Source: a virus
Length of the DNA stretch: 64,000 bases
Reading direction: 5' to 3' (one strand)
IMG/VR virus record: IMGVR_UViG_3300020204_000036
Location: 19,771-83,770 of that record
Position numbers and translations under genes: made by a program. Under the pieces are notes generated by a model, which saw nothing but the letters and a program-made list of their open reading frames with translations, was not told where the DNA came from and did not search any database. This document shows positions 22,363 through 33,066 of this stretch, piece after piece. The number at the start of each line of letters is the position of its first letter. Position 1 is the first letter of the stretch.

Positions 22363-23940
22363 ATGGCAACTTTAACATCGAGGACATTGACTACTGGGGC
22401 ATCACTAAATGACCTTATACACATTGTAATAACGGGAGACACATCACAAAGTCCAAGTGGCTCATCATATAAGGCATCATTAAGTCAGTTGGTGCCTTTG
22501 TTTGGAGGGTCACCTGACGTATATTTAACAGGGGGGACTGCGGTTTCTTCAGGAGGAACAATTACGTTTACAAATAGTACAGGTGGAACCTTTACAGTTT
22601 CAGGGCTTACAACACCATTTACAGGTGGTTCGGGAAATTGTATTACAAGTTTTTACACTGAAAATATTCATGCATGTGTTGATGAAATAACAGTACATAA
22701 TAGAGTTCAATCAACAGGTTCTGACGCTCAATCACTTTTAAGTTTTGCTTTTGGTGGAAATGTTCAGGCTTTAAACAGATACACACATGCCGAAGGAATT
22801 GATACTATAGCCTCTGGAGATACTTCACATGCCGAGGGCTCAGGAACTAAATCATTTGGACAATTTTCACATAGTGAAGGTACTGATACAAGAGCAGGTA
22901 CAAACACTGCATATTTGGCGACAGGTTTAACTTCAGGTGTTTTTTATTTGGACAGTACCTACGGTAATGTTAGCGCAAACTTTACCTCTGATTTATTTAT
23001 ATGGATTCACGATTTACCATTTGGTGGTTCTTTGACAGATAGCTTTAAAAAAGTGTCAGGAAGTACCTTTAGTGGCGGTCAAACTTTAGTTTATTTGTAC
23101 GATACAGGTTTGACTGCAACAAATAACTTATACATAGGAGATACTGCAATACCTGATTTGTGGCAGGGTAATGAGACTGCTGGAGGTAGAAGTGCATCTG
23201 TTAAAGGTTTTGCGTCAGGTGCTATTGGCACAAACTCATTTGCTTCAGGACAAGGTAGTTTTTCAATGGGTTGGAATTCATTTACGGCTAATAAAGGGAA
23301 TAAGGCGTTTGGAAATGCATCGACAGCTTTTGGAACATCAAATAATGTCTACGGAACAAGTTCAGTCTCTTTTGGAGACTCAAACATATTGGAAGGAGCG
23401 TCTTCAATAACAACAGGAAATAGTAATGAAGTATATGGTGATTTTTCATTCGCAGGCGGTGCTGACAATATTATAAATGGACAAACATCTTTTGTATTTG
23501 GTCAACAAAATACAACAAATAATGAACAAGGTGCTATTTTAGCGGGCAATAATAATCTTGTACAGAGCGGAGACACTACCAATTCAACAATTTTAGGTGG
23601 GAAAAATAACACAATAACTGGCTTGGCACCAAGTGACCCCGTATATGACTCTTCAGTAATAGGTGGTTCGGGCAACACTGTACAATCTTATAGTTCGGTG
23701 ATTGTTGGAGGTGAAGGAAATACTTTGACAGGTAGTAGAAGCGTTGTCCTTGGTGGTACTGGAATAAGTGCTACCGCATCAGACACAGCATACGCCCCAA
23801 ATATTGTTTTAGCATTTTCAGGAACCCCATCAGGTAGTTTAGACACATTAGGAGAACCTGGTTCTTTACTATGGGACGATAGTTATTTTTACTATAAAGA
23901 CAACACAGGTTGGAAAAGATTAAGCGGAGCAACTTGGTAA
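22363..23940 (+). CDS. Tail fibre/adhesin with YadA-head-like beta-roll repeats
   Basis: SHAEG..T.A.G repeats, S.I.GG..N repeats, C-terminal G.LLWDDSYFYY...GWKR. Confidence 0.75.
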   Translation: MATLTSRTLTTGASLNDLIHIVITGDTSQSPSGSSYKASLSQLVPLFGGSPDVYLTGGTAVSSGGTITFTNSTGGTFTVSGLTTPFTGGSGNCITSFYTENIHACVDEITVHNRVQSTGSDAQSLLSFAFGGNVQALNRYTHAEGIDTIASGDTSHAEGSGTKSFGQFSHSEGTDTRAGTNTAYLATGLTSGVFYLDSTYGNVSANFTSDLFIWIHDLPFGGSLTDSFKKVSGSTFSGGQTLVYLYDTGLTATNNLYIGDTAIPDLWQGNETAGGRSASVKGFASGAIGTNSFASGQGSFSMGWNSFTANKGNKAFGNASTAFGTSNNVYGTSSVSFGDSNILEGASSITTGNSNEVYGDFSFAGGADNIINGQTSFVFGQQNTTNNEQGAILAGNNNLVQSGDTTNSTILGGKNNTITGLAPSDPVYDSSVIGGSGNTVQSYSSVIVGGEGNTLTGSRSVVLGGTGISATASDTAYAPNIVLAFSGTPSGSLDTLGEPGSLLWDDSYFYYKDNTGWKRLSGATW

Positions 23941-23941
23941 T

Positions 23942-25516
23942 ATGGGATTATTAAGTGGAAATAGTTGTAATATAATAACACTCCTACCTTTGGGGTTAGA
24001 TTGTGACAGCATTAATGCATCAACACCCGATTCCACAAATGGTCTTATAACTCTTTATGTTACAGGAGGAACACCACCATATAATATTTCTTGGAGCAAT
24101 GGGGCCCAAGGGTCTTTAATAACAAACTTACTACCTGGCGATTATACCGCAACCGTTATAGATTATTATGGTGATTTTACAGGAAGGACAACTTGTAGTG
24201 TTGACTATGATAGTTTTTACTTAGAACAATTTGAAGATTGCCAAAATTCAGGAAACTTTGTTTATTATGTTGCAGATTTACCATCTACTTTTGTTGATGG
24301 TAAAGTTTATAGTTTAACAACACAAACAGGTTGTTGGACACATAGTGGTCAAACACTTTATACAGGACAATCATATGTAAATAATTTTGCAGTCGTGTCA
24401 ACAGGGCCATTTGATACTTGTTCAGATTGTTTACCACCACCAGTACCACCTCCGGTTTATCCACAAAATCTTTGTTTTGAATATACACCATCACCGAATA
24501 CAACTTATTTAACTACCTACTCGAGTGGGTCTACAATTAATGGTTATCCATCTTGGACAAGTTCAACTACAACAATGTATTATAATACAGGAAACACAAG
24601 ATGGGAAATTAGTGGATGGACTAATTCAGGAGTTCCTGCATTACTTCAACCCACAACACCACCAACAGGTAATTGGTCACTACTTGGAACACTACCTGCA
24701 ACGATATTTGTTAGCACAGGAGTTTGTACAACACCACCACTTACATTATCAGTAACAACAACACAACCGACTTGTTCAAATACAAGTAATGGTGTGATAA
24801 ACGTTACAGGTTATGGTGGAGTTCCTTCATACACTTACTCAATAAATGGGGTAAATTATCAAGTATCAAATGTATTTTTAGGTTTGGGGGCTGGAAATTA
24901 TACAGTTTACATTAAAGATACTAACAATACGGTAACAGCACAATCGGTTACGTTGACGCCTCAAAACGCATTCACTAATTACGTTTTGAATTTAAGTTTG
25001 ACGCCTTTGGCAAATCAAATAAATGTTGGTACAACGGTAACGAAAACTTGGTATTATCAAATAAATGTAACGCCAACACTTCCAGCAGGTCGAACAGTAA
25101 ATTTCACAATTAATACAGCGGTTGGTTTCACGGGGAAAACATTCATAACAAACTTACCAATAATTACAAACTCAATAACAGCAACAACTACAGGAAGTGC
25201 AACATTAAGCTCTCCTGTTAACTCAACTGTTATATCAACAGGATTAAGTAGACCATCTTGTTTAACTTCATTTATTTATTACAGTTCTTACACAAATACT
25301 TATACTGCGACCATTTCATCGGGAGGTATTATTAATGGAGTTATCACACAATTTATTGATACACCAACAATGGAGTTTAGAGGATGTGAATTAGAAGGAT
25401 ATATATTGGATTCCGTTTCAATTACAAATGTTACTATAACTCCATCAACATGTAGTGGTATAAGTGTAAATGGTTCGCCTAAAACAATGCCTTTACAAAA
25501 AATAGGTTTGTCTTAA
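23942..25516 (+). CDS. Tail appendage protein with SprB-like repeats
   Basis: VTGGTPPYNISWSNG..ITNLLPGDYTATVID; GGVPSYTYSING...FLGLGAGNYTVYIKD. Confidence 0.7.
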   Translation: MGLLSGNSCNIITLLPLGLDCDSINASTPDSTNGLITLYVTGGTPPYNISWSNGAQGSLITNLLPGDYTATVIDYYGDFTGRTTCSVDYDSFYLEQFEDCQNSGNFVYYVADLPSTFVDGKVYSLTTQTGCWTHSGQTLYTGQSYVNNFAVVSTGPFDTCSDCLPPPVPPPVYPQNLCFEYTPSPNTTYLTTYSSGSTINGYPSWTSSTTTMYYNTGNTRWEISGWTNSGVPALLQPTTPPTGNWSLLGTLPATIFVSTGVCTTPPLTLSVTTTQPTCSNTSNGVINVTGYGGVPSYTYSINGVNYQVSNVFLGLGAGNYTVYIKDTNNTVTAQSVTLTPQNAFTNYVLNLSLTPLANQINVGTTVTKTWYYQINVTPTLPAGRTVNFTINTAVGFTGKTFITNLPIITNSITATTTGSATLSSPVNSTVISTGLSRPSCLTSFIYYSSYTNTYTATISSGGIINGVITQFIDTPTMEFRGCELEGYILDSVSITNVTITPSTCSGISVNGSPKTMPLQKIGLS

Positions 25517-25549
25517 AATAAATTTATAAAAAAAATATATTTATAAAAT

Positions 25550-27763
25550 ATGTCATATATAATCAAAAATACCTCAGCGTTAATTAACACCATAATCACT
25601 GACGCGGCCAGAAAAAAAATATCGCAAGGTAAATTTGACATTTCTTATTTTGAATTAGGTGATAGTGAAGTTTGTTATAATTGTACAAGTAATACGGATT
25701 ATGTCCAACTTAATGTTTTGATGCCCCAATACAACGCACAAAACTTAGCTCCGATTCCTGAAAAAAATAGAATGCAAGTTAAATATCCATTGTTTGTGGA
25801 CTCAACATCAGGTAGCACCTTGGGAGTTCCATTTGATGCGTCTTACATAGATAATGTATTTAATAGTGCTGCTCCTCGTGGATTCTTAACAGGTTCAACA
25901 GGCTCTCCTGTTGTTTTTAGTGCCTATACATCTTCAGCATATACGATTAATCCTAATTTTCTTGTTTCTAATTCGGCGGTAACTTCGGGAGATGTATTAA
26001 CATTAACATATTCAAGTATTGACCCAACAGTTTCAGGCACAGTTACAAATGGAATGTTTTTATTTTTATTTGGAACAGATAACATACAACCATTTACAGG
26101 AGCTGCGCCAATTTTTAGTTATGTTGTAGTTGGTGTAACAGGTGATACATCTACAGCGACCACTGTAAATATTCAAGTGGATAGACAATTACCTAACTTT
26201 AGTGGGATGGGATATACTGGTGACTCGAGAGTTATCTTCTATCCATCAGGTATGACAGTAATTTATGACTCTTTTACTCCTGAACCTTATTGGCATCCAA
26301 ATGTCTTCAATTTTGAAACAAATTGTGATGTTTCACAAAATGATGTTAAAGTTTGGAATATGAACATTCCTTGGACAGAATCACCTGCAGGAATATTCAA
26401 CACTGTGAATCAAGATTTTAACCAATTTGCATCTACAGGATATACAGGTTCTAAAGAATATTTGGGTTACTATTCCGATAGTGGTCAAACAGATACAGAT
26501 TCGGTATATTTTTATAATTCATTTTCTGAAAAAATAACTCTAAAACCATCTGAACAAAAGGCCATTGCGATTGTACATTATACAAATCAAGCGATTGATA
26601 ACTATTATGGTGAAAAGTTTGCAATGCAAGATTTTGACGCAAATAATCCAGGGAATACAGGTCAAGCAAGAAACTTTAAACTTTCCATTCCGTGGTTAAT
26701 GTGGCACAAAAACCCAAGTGGTACAACAGGTGAAGTATTTTACACAGACCCATCAGGTTTTACTAGTTTAAATTTATTTACACCTCATTACATTGAGTCT
26801 AAAAAAAGTATAAACTTTAATGCCCCTGGTTTAAGATACTACCATCTTTGGGACACTCACCCAAATACAAATGGAATACCTAATAGAATTGGTAAAGTTT
26901 TCACTGATTTGAAAATTATAGTTTTTGATGATGATGAAATAGTGGCAGCACTTAATTACAAGTCAAATAGAAGTTGGACTTTACCGGCACCTAAATTGGG
27001 GTTAGTAACTCCTAATACCTTTAGTGGTGTTTTAGGTGGGGTTCAGGGATTATTAACAGGAAATACTGAAACATTATTTTTAACATATAGATTTAATAAC
27101 TCAGCATTTACAAATTCACTTCACTGTAATTACTACCAAACAATCACAGGGAACGACCAAAGTTTATTACCGGGAGCTTCTGATATTCTTGTTAGATTCG
27201 GGAATGAGTTTCCATTTTTACAAGTTCCTTCAGTTGGATTACCTTCAGGATTTACTGCAAATGAAATTAAGTTATTGGCTCAAAAAGTCACAACTGCAAC
27301 AACAAGACCCGATGTGACCCAATGGAGAGAAATTGATGTAACATCACAATTATCAGCAACAACCGTTGGTGGTTATTTAACGGTAACAGGTTTAACTGGA
27401 ACAACCTTGCAGTTAACCAAAAACATGTATGACACTGCACCAATATATGACCTTAATGATTATATAACGTTACCCGTATTAAATCAAACAGGAATAACCT
27501 TAAACTTTGGTGGTGAATTCTTCTTTTTTGGGACAATTGAAACAGATATTCAAGCAACAATATATGTTATGAACTTCTTATGTAATTTAGGTCAAACACA
27601 ATTCTTCGATTCTTCAAACCCAACTTGGGACGGAACAACACCACCTTACGTTACTGAAGTTGCACTTTACAATGCAAACAAAGAACTTATGGTTATTTCT
27701 AAGATACAATCACCTGAAAAAAGACAAGGTGTCCAGCAGTATCCTATTAAGTACGATTTTTAA
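25550..27763 (+). CDS. Tail-fibre attachment (tail-collar-fibre-like) protein
   Basis: N-terminal IITDAARKKISQGKFDISYFELGD and C-terminal YVTEVALYNANKELMVISK flank a long insert. Confidence 0.6.
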   Translation: MSYIIKNTSALINTIITDAARKKISQGKFDISYFELGDSEVCYNCTSNTDYVQLNVLMPQYNAQNLAPIPEKNRMQVKYPLFVDSTSGSTLGVPFDASYIDNVFNSAAPRGFLTGSTGSPVVFSAYTSSAYTINPNFLVSNSAVTSGDVLTLTYSSIDPTVSGTVTNGMFLFLFGTDNIQPFTGAAPIFSYVVVGVTGDTSTATTVNIQVDRQLPNFSGMGYTGDSRVIFYPSGMTVIYDSFTPEPYWHPNVFNFETNCDVSQNDVKVWNMNIPWTESPAGIFNTVNQDFNQFASTGYTGSKEYLGYYSDSGQTDTDSVYFYNSFSEKITLKPSEQKAIAIVHYTNQAIDNYYGEKFAMQDFDANNPGNTGQARNFKLSIPWLMWHKNPSGTTGEVFYTDPSGFTSLNLFTPHYIESKKSINFNAPGLRYYHLWDTHPNTNGIPNRIGKVFTDLKIIVFDDDEIVAALNYKSNRSWTLPAPKLGLVTPNTFSGVLGGVQGLLTGNTETLFLTYRFNNSAFTNSLHCNYYQTITGNDQSLLPGASDILVRFGNEFPFLQVPSVGLPSGFTANEIKLLAQKVTTATTRPDVTQWREIDVTSQLSATTVGGYLTVTGLTGTTLQLTKNMYDTAPIYDLNDYITLPVLNQTGITLNFGGEFFFFGTIETDIQATIYVMNFLCNLGQTQFFDSSNPTWDGTTPPYVTEVALYNANKELMVISKIQSPEKRQGVQQYPIKYDF

Positions 27764-27769
27764 TTTTAT

Positions 27770-28375
27770 ATGGGAACAAAATCAGATTTAAAGAACTCAC
27801 CAAAAGTTCTTGGCTTAGACATATCAACAAAAACAATCGGGTGGTCTTTATTTGACATTCAATCAAAAGAATTATTAGAATTAACACATTTTTCACCAAT
27901 AATAAAACCTAAACCTGAAGATAAAATTCAAGAATTATTGTTGAAAGTTGTTTCTTTCGAAGAAAAACTTCAAAATTACAGAAACCTTGGAATAACTAAA
28001 GTTGTTATTGAAGAACCATTATTAAATTCAAATAACGTATGGACGGTAGGAACACTACTTAGATATAATTCAATGATTACAAAATCCATATACGATGTAT
28101 TAGGAATTGTCCCAAATTATATTTCAACATATAACTCAAGAAAATACGCTTGGTCTGATTTGGTTCAAAAAAACGACAAAGACAAGTTTGTATTATTTGG
28201 TGGATTACCAAAAGATGTCGATAAAAAAGAAATTATTTGGAAAAAAGTTTCAGATAAAGAACCACAAATTACATGGCAACTTACAAGAAATAATACTTTA
28301 AAAAAAGAGTGTTATGATATGGCCGATTCTTATACTTGTGTTCTTGGTTATATGAAAGAACAAAAAATTTGGTAA
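27770..28375 (+). CDS. RuvC-like Holliday junction resolvase
   Basis: VLGLDISTKTIGW, VVIEEP, YDMADS catalytic pattern. Confidence 0.8.
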   Translation: MGTKSDLKNSPKVLGLDISTKTIGWSLFDIQSKELLELTHFSPIIKPKPEDKIQELLLKVVSFEEKLQNYRNLGITKVVIEEPLLNSNNVWTVGTLLRYNSMITKSIYDVLGIVPNYISTYNSRKYAWSDLVQKNDKDKFVLFGGLPKDVDKKEIIWKKVSDKEPQITWQLTRNNTLKKECYDMADSYTCVLGYMKEQKIW

Positions 28376-28452
28376 ACTAAATTTTATTTATCGTTTTATT
28401 AGCCGATAATATTACATTTGACAAACCCACCCTATACACCTATCTTTTAAGG

Positions 28453-29370
28453 GTGGAAGCAGAAGAACTAATCATAGACCTTATAACAAACATTTTTGGA
28501 GAACCAAAGATGATAAATGAAATCAGAGGACAAATCTCTGTTGATTGTCCTGTATGTTCGCACGAGATAAAAGGATTAGATAAAGGCGATGGTAAAGGTA
28601 ACCTTGAAATAAATTACCAACAACACATATTCAAATGTTGGTCTTGCGGTGAAACTCACGGAACTCACGGACATTTAGGAAAACTTATTGATAAGTTTGG
28701 TTCAAAAAAAGACAAGAAAATCTATAAGTTAATTAGACCTGATGAATTTGAAAAAAAAGAAAAAGTCTATAAAAAACTTGAATTACCAAAAGAGTACAAA
28801 AAGTTTGATGAGGTCCACCCACTTCATATTCCAAGAAAAGAAGCCATAAATTACCTACATAAACGGGGAATTTCCGATTATATAATCGAAAAATATCAAA
28901 TTGGTTTTTGTTTGGAAGGTGAATATGCTGGAAGAATAGTAGTTCCTTCGTTTGATAAAAAAGGAGAACTCAATTTCTTTGTTTCAAGGTCTTGGAACCT
29001 AAGAAGTAAATTAAAATACAAAAACCCTGAAGCATCAAAAGACTTTTTAATTTTTAATGAAAGTTTAATTGATTGGAAAAAAGACATTTATTTAGTTGAA
29101 GGTGTATTTGATAGTTTCTTTTTAGATAACTCCATTTGTTTATTAGGAAAGTTTCTAAATGACAACCTTTGGGAAAAATTATACACAAAAGCAAAAAAAA
29201 ATATAATAGTTTGTTTGGATGGTGATGCATACACCGATGCAAAAAACTTATATGATAAACTAAACGGCGGTGTACTTTACAATAGAGTGAAGTTAGTAAA
29301 ACTACCAAAAGATAAAGATGTCTGTGATTTAAAAGGAGACATAGAAAAATATTACGTAGAATTCAAATGA
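28453..29370 (+). CDS. DNA primase (Zn-binding + TOPRIM)
   Basis: CPVC..CWSC, YLHKRGI, RIVVP, KYKNP, LVEGVFD, CLDGDA, KDVCD. Confidence 0.9.
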   Translation: MEAEELIIDLITNIFGEPKMINEIRGQISVDCPVCSHEIKGLDKGDGKGNLEINYQQHIFKCWSCGETHGTHGHLGKLIDKFGSKKDKKIYKLIRPDEFEKKEKVYKKLELPKEYKKFDEVHPLHIPRKEAINYLHKRGISDYIIEKYQIGFCLEGEYAGRIVVPSFDKKGELNFFVSRSWNLRSKLKYKNPEASKDFLIFNESLIDWKKDIYLVEGVFDSFFLDNSICLLGKFLNDNLWEKLYTKAKKNIIVCLDGDAYTDAKNLYDKLNGGVLYNRVKLVKLPKDKDVCDLKGDIEKYYVEFK

Positions 29371-30236
29371 TTGATTTAAAAGAAGTTGCAAAAGAAATAA
29401 GAGAAATAATAACACAAAAACAAAGTGAGTTTCAATTAACTTTCGAAGAAGACAAACACAAGTACACCATGGTAGATACTAATGGTGAAGTAAGAGATGA
29501 TTTTCCATCTGTATCTAAAGTCATGAAATTGTTTTATGATGAGTTTCCAACTGAAGATGTTGCAAGACAAATGGCTAAAGGGAGCCCATATGTAATGCAT
29601 ACACTATTAGAAGAGTGGAAACAAAGTGGTATTATATCTACAAACATGGGTAGTAGGGTCCACTATGAGTTGGAATTAGAAACAATCAATAAATTCAAAA
29701 TTGATAAAGAAGTAAGACAACCAGTTTTTGATTGTGATTTAAAATTAATCACAAAAAGTGATAAAATGATTAAGGGTGGTAAAAAGTTTTTACAATTAAT
29801 GGAGGAAAGAGGGGCGGTTTTACTTGATACAGAGATAGTATTAGGTCATCCAGAACTTGGATACACCGGTCAACCCGATAAGGTTTGGATAATGCTCAAC
29901 AAACAAAAAACAGGTTTTGGATTTGTTATTACTGATTGGAAAACAAATAAGAAAAAAAACATGGAGGTTAATGATTATACAAAACCCATGAAAGAACCAT
30001 TTCAAAATCTACCAAATAATGCTCTTGGTCACTACAACACCCAACTACCATTTTACGGTAAACTACTTTTAAAAATGTTGGAAGGAACAAAATATGAAAA
30101 TATCCCGTTGTTAGGTGGGGTTATTGTTCACTTATCAGAAGATACCGAATTCAAAGAATATAGAATACCAAAAGAAATTGTTGATACAATTTTAAAAATG
30201 GATATGACAAAGTATTTGACAAAAACAAATCAATAA
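29367..30236 (+). CDS. PD-(D/E)XK exonuclease
   Basis: PSVS, GSRVH, GQPDKV, ITDWKT, YNTQLPFY. Confidence 0.8.
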   Translation: MIDLKEVAKEIREIITQKQSEFQLTFEEDKHKYTMVDTNGEVRDDFPSVSKVMKLFYDEFPTEDVARQMAKGSPYVMHTLLEEWKQSGIISTNMGSRVHYELELETINKFKIDKEVRQPVFDCDLKLITKSDKMIKGGKKFLQLMEERGAVLLDTEIVLGHPELGYTGQPDKVWIMLNKQKTGFGFVITDWKTNKKKNMEVNDYTKPMKEPFQNLPNNALGHYNTQLPFYGKLLLKMLEGTKYENIPLLGGVIVHLSEDTEFKEYRIPKEIVDTILKMDMTKYLTKTNQ

Positions 30237-30249
30237 GTTATATTTTAAT

Positions 30250-30342
30250 ATGGAAAAAAATATTACACTATTATGGTATACCAACACTAGTTGGGACAAT
30301 TTAATGAAGTTAAAATTAAACGTTAATTATATAATCAAATGA
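30250..30342 (+). CDS. Small hypothetical protein (30 aa)
   Basis: MEKNITLLWYTNTSW...; follows a promoter and overlaps the next ATG (ATGA). Confidence 0.4.
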   Translation: MEKNITLLWYTNTSWDNLMKLKLNVNYIIK

Positions 30343-30557
30343 GTAAAGAAATCATCAGCCCAAAAATAGACTTACGACAACAAGAAACCGTTAAGTGTGA
30401 AAAGTGCAAATCAACATACTTTAAAGAAATTACTTTATTAAAAAAAGTTTCGAAATTATTAACAGGAAGTCACGAAGACACCATTGTCCCTTTTCCAACA
30501 TACATGTGTAATGATTGTGGACATGTAAACAAAGACTTACAATTATTTGATAAATAA
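30339..30557 (+). CDS. Small zinc-ribbon protein
   Basis: CEKC...CNDC. Confidence 0.7.
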   Translation: MSKEIISPKIDLRQQETVKCEKCKSTYFKEITLLKKVSKLLTGSHEDTIVPFPTYMCNDCGHVNKDLQLFDK

Positions 30558-30703
30558 TGGAAATAGGTAAAATGACAGTATCACAAGCATATCCACACCT
30601 AAAAACCGTGGCCTTAGCTTATGGATTAAAATTAAACAGAGCTAAAGAATTTAAGTTCGCAAGAATTGTATTAGTAAACCTTTATTGTAGAGAATTATGT
30701 TAA
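30557..30703 (+). CDS. Small hypothetical protein (48 aa)
   Basis: MEIGKMTVSQAYPHL...; fills the gap and overlaps both neighbours. Confidence 0.55.
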   Translation: MEIGKMTVSQAYPHLKTVALAYGLKLNRAKEFKFARIVLVNLYCRELC

Positions 30704-30939
30704 GTTATAAAGAATTTTATATTTGGTTGGAAGGTTACCTATATGGTAAACTTGAAAATAAACATATTGACATCACACCAATTGTTGAAAAAATGGGGCA
30801 AGTTAAGGATGAACCAAAGATTAACATTGCAGAACCATACCGAGTACCAATACCAATTAACCCTTTTCCAAAAAATGATGACCCATATAAACCACCATTC
30901 GAAGTATATTGTGGAAATAAAACACAATTAAACGATTAA
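30697..30939 (+). CDS. Hypothetical protein
   Basis: 80 aa, FYIWLEGY N-terminus, coupled to neighbours. Confidence 0.6.
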   Translation: MLSYKEFYIWLEGYLYGKLENKHIDITPIVEKMGQVKDEPKINIAEPYRVPIPINPFPKNDDPYKPPFEVYCGNKTQLND

Positions 30940-30940
30940 A

Positions 30941-31162
30941 ATGCAAACATTAATTTTTAACACAACAACAAAAGATGTAACCTTGTTAGAAGGTTCAATA
31001 GGAAAATCAAATGTATTATTAACTTTTGAAAATATATCAACCGTTAAGTGTAGTGAACTTGGTTTTTACGAAGTCATGAAAAAAGTTGACGAGGACTCAT
31101 ACACGTCAATTCCTGTGTTCAGAGCACCAATCGCAAATACAAATATGAGAATTGAAAAATAA
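30941..31162 (+). CDS. Hypothetical protein
   Basis: 73-aa ORF in operon. Confidence 0.6.
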   Translation: MQTLIFNTTTKDVTLLEGSIGKSNVLLTFENISTVKCSELGFYEVMKKVDEDSYTSIPVFRAPIANTNMRIEK

Positions 31163-31163
31163 T

Positions 31164-31943
31164 ATGATTAAAAAACTAATTCACTTTTCTGATTTACATA
31201 TTCGTCTTTTCAAAGACCACGACCTTTATAGGTCAATTTTGGAAGACGCAATCAACCAATGGAGAGAGTTGGAGCCCGATAGAATTATTTTCACTGGTGA
31301 CCTTGTTCATTCTAAAAATCAAATGACACCTGAACTTATTGAAATGGTTAGTTGGATTTTAACTGAATGTTCGTTTATTGCAAAAACAATTATTATCCCT
31401 GGTAACCACGACTTCTTGGTAAATAATACGGAAAGATTAGATGCTCTTACGCCAATTATCAATTCACTAAATAGTAAAAATATTGTTTACTACAAAGATA
31501 GAGGTGTCTACGAAGATGAAAATATTAGTTGGTGTGTGTATTCGCAGTACCAAGGAAATATTCCACCTGACATCACAGAGTCGAAGGGGACTAGAATTGG
31601 ATTATTTCATGGACCAATACAAGGAATGAAAACTGACCTTGGGTTTGACTTTGGTGAAGAGGCATACGATGTTGAAAAGTTTGATGGTCTTGAAACTGTT
31701 TTGTGTGGAGATATTCACAAACGACAAGAGTTTAAGTTTAAAACCGGTAAAGGTTATATGATTGGAAGTCCAATTCAACAAAACATAGGTGAAAGTATTA
31801 AAAGACATGGTTATGGAATTTATGATGTTGAAACAAAAGAATATTCTTATGTTGATTTGCAAAATCCAAAACCTTTTTTAAAGTTTTCCATAAAATCGTT
31901 TGAAGATATTGAAAATGGAACAGAAAAACTCCAAAATCTTTAG
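31164..31943 (+). CDS. Mre11/SbcD-like metallophosphoesterase (T4 gp47-like)
   Basis: HFSDLH, FTGDLVH, PGNHD, LFHG, CGDIH, GSPIQQN; start may be upstream at 31152. Confidence 0.9.
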   Translation: MIKKLIHFSDLHIRLFKDHDLYRSILEDAINQWRELEPDRIIFTGDLVHSKNQMTPELIEMVSWILTECSFIAKTIIIPGNHDFLVNNTERLDALTPIINSLNSKNIVYYKDRGVYEDENISWCVYSQYQGNIPPDITESKGTRIGLFHGPIQGMKTDLGFDFGEEAYDVEKFDGLETVLCGDIHKRQEFKFKTGKGYMIGSPIQQNIGESIKRHGYGIYDVETKEYSYVDLQNPKPFLKFSIKSFEDIENGTEKLQNL

Positions 31944-32559
31944 TAAGGAAATAATGCAGACGGTGTCTGCATTTTGTGAAGATGAAAATATTAAAGATAT
32001 TGACAACTTCATGTATCTATGTTTTAAACAAGGGTTTGATATTAAAAGATATGGACTTTTGGGAAAAACACTTAATGAAGGTGAAAAAGACTCAAAAATA
32101 GGTAGTGAAGGAGAAAAACAAGTGGAAATTGAGGTAATTGTTGAAAAACGAGTAGAAATACCGGTTGAAGTAATAAAAGAGGTAGAGAAAATTGTTGAGG
32201 TCATTAAAGAAGTTGAAAAGATTGTTGAAGTTCCTGTTGAAAAAGTTGTCACAAAAATAGAATATATTAGTGACAAAACAACAGAAGATGAACTTGGCGA
32301 AATAATTGTCAAGTTGGAAAATGAAATGTCTAAAAAAAATGAAGAATTAGACAAACTAAGACAAAGTTTAGACATTTCTAAACAAAATGTGGGTGATGAT
32401 AGAGTGGCTCTGTTTCAACAAACAATACAAAAATTGAATGAAGAGATAAGAGAATTAAAAATTAAAAATAAAGAATTAGAAAAAAAATTATCGGAACAAC
32501 CAAAAGACACGGGGTTTTTAAGGGCTAGGTTTCACGGGAGTTCCAATCTAAACAGTTAA
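31914..32559 (+). CDS. Coiled-coil protein with VEVIKE/VEVPVE repeats (start approximate)
   Basis: EIPVEVIKEVEKIVEVIKEVEKIVEVPVEKVV followed by heptads. Confidence 0.6.
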
Positions 32560-32570
32560 AAAATAAAAAT

Positions 32571-32912
32571 ATGAGTATTGTAGTTTGGTTTATTTTAAGT
32601 TATGGTTTAATGAACATAATGGTTTATGGTTCAATCTTTCGAGGATTAAGGAATTTTTTCAATAAATGGGGTGAAAACAAGGATGCACCTTTAAATTCTT
32701 TAGGTGAGTTTATATCAGGAATAATATCTTGCCCTATGTGTTTTTCTACTTGGGGAGGTTTTGTGCTATCCTTATTGATTTATTCACCAACAAATGCTAC
32801 TTTTAACACACCCTTATGGTGTTCTTGGTTTTTTGACGGAATACTATCATCAGGGGCAGTTTGGGCAATCAACGCAATTGTTGAGTGGTTCGAACAAAAT
32901 AGACCAAAATGA
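32571..32912 (+). CDS. Membrane protein with CPMC motif (DUF1360-like)
   Basis: Hydrophobic segments; IISCPMCFSTW. Confidence 0.65.
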   Translation: MSIVVWFILSYGLMNIMVYGSIFRGLRNFFNKWGENKDAPLNSLGEFISGIISCPMCFSTWGGFVLSLLIYSPTNATFNTPLWCSWFFDGILSSGAVWAINAIVEWFEQNRPK

Positions 32913-33061
32913 AAAAAGTAAAGTTTGTATATTCGGATACAATCCAAGAATCAATTATTTTTTATGATGATTTATTCTTAGGTGGGAAAAAAGTTGTGCA
33001 AATTTTTGAAAATGGCATTACTGGTTATACCTCAGTGAAACTTGTAAAAATTATAAATTAA
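32909..33061 (+). CDS. Small hypothetical protein (50 aa)
   Basis: ATGA overlap; fills the gap. Confidence 0.5.
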   Translation: MKKVKFVYSDTIQESIIFYDDLFLGGKKVVQIFENGITGYTSVKLVKIIN

Positions 33062-33066
33062 ATAAC

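Noticed and set aside
685-27763. Bacterial contractile injection system or eukaryotic giant virus origin
   Set aside because: Contiguous with RNR, primase, gp46/47-like genes, sigma-70 and a homing endonuclease, which fits a bacteriophage
29367-30236. Cas4 / CRISPR adaptation gene
   Set aside because: No Fe-S cysteine set and no array; an ordinary phage PD-(D/E)XK nuclease
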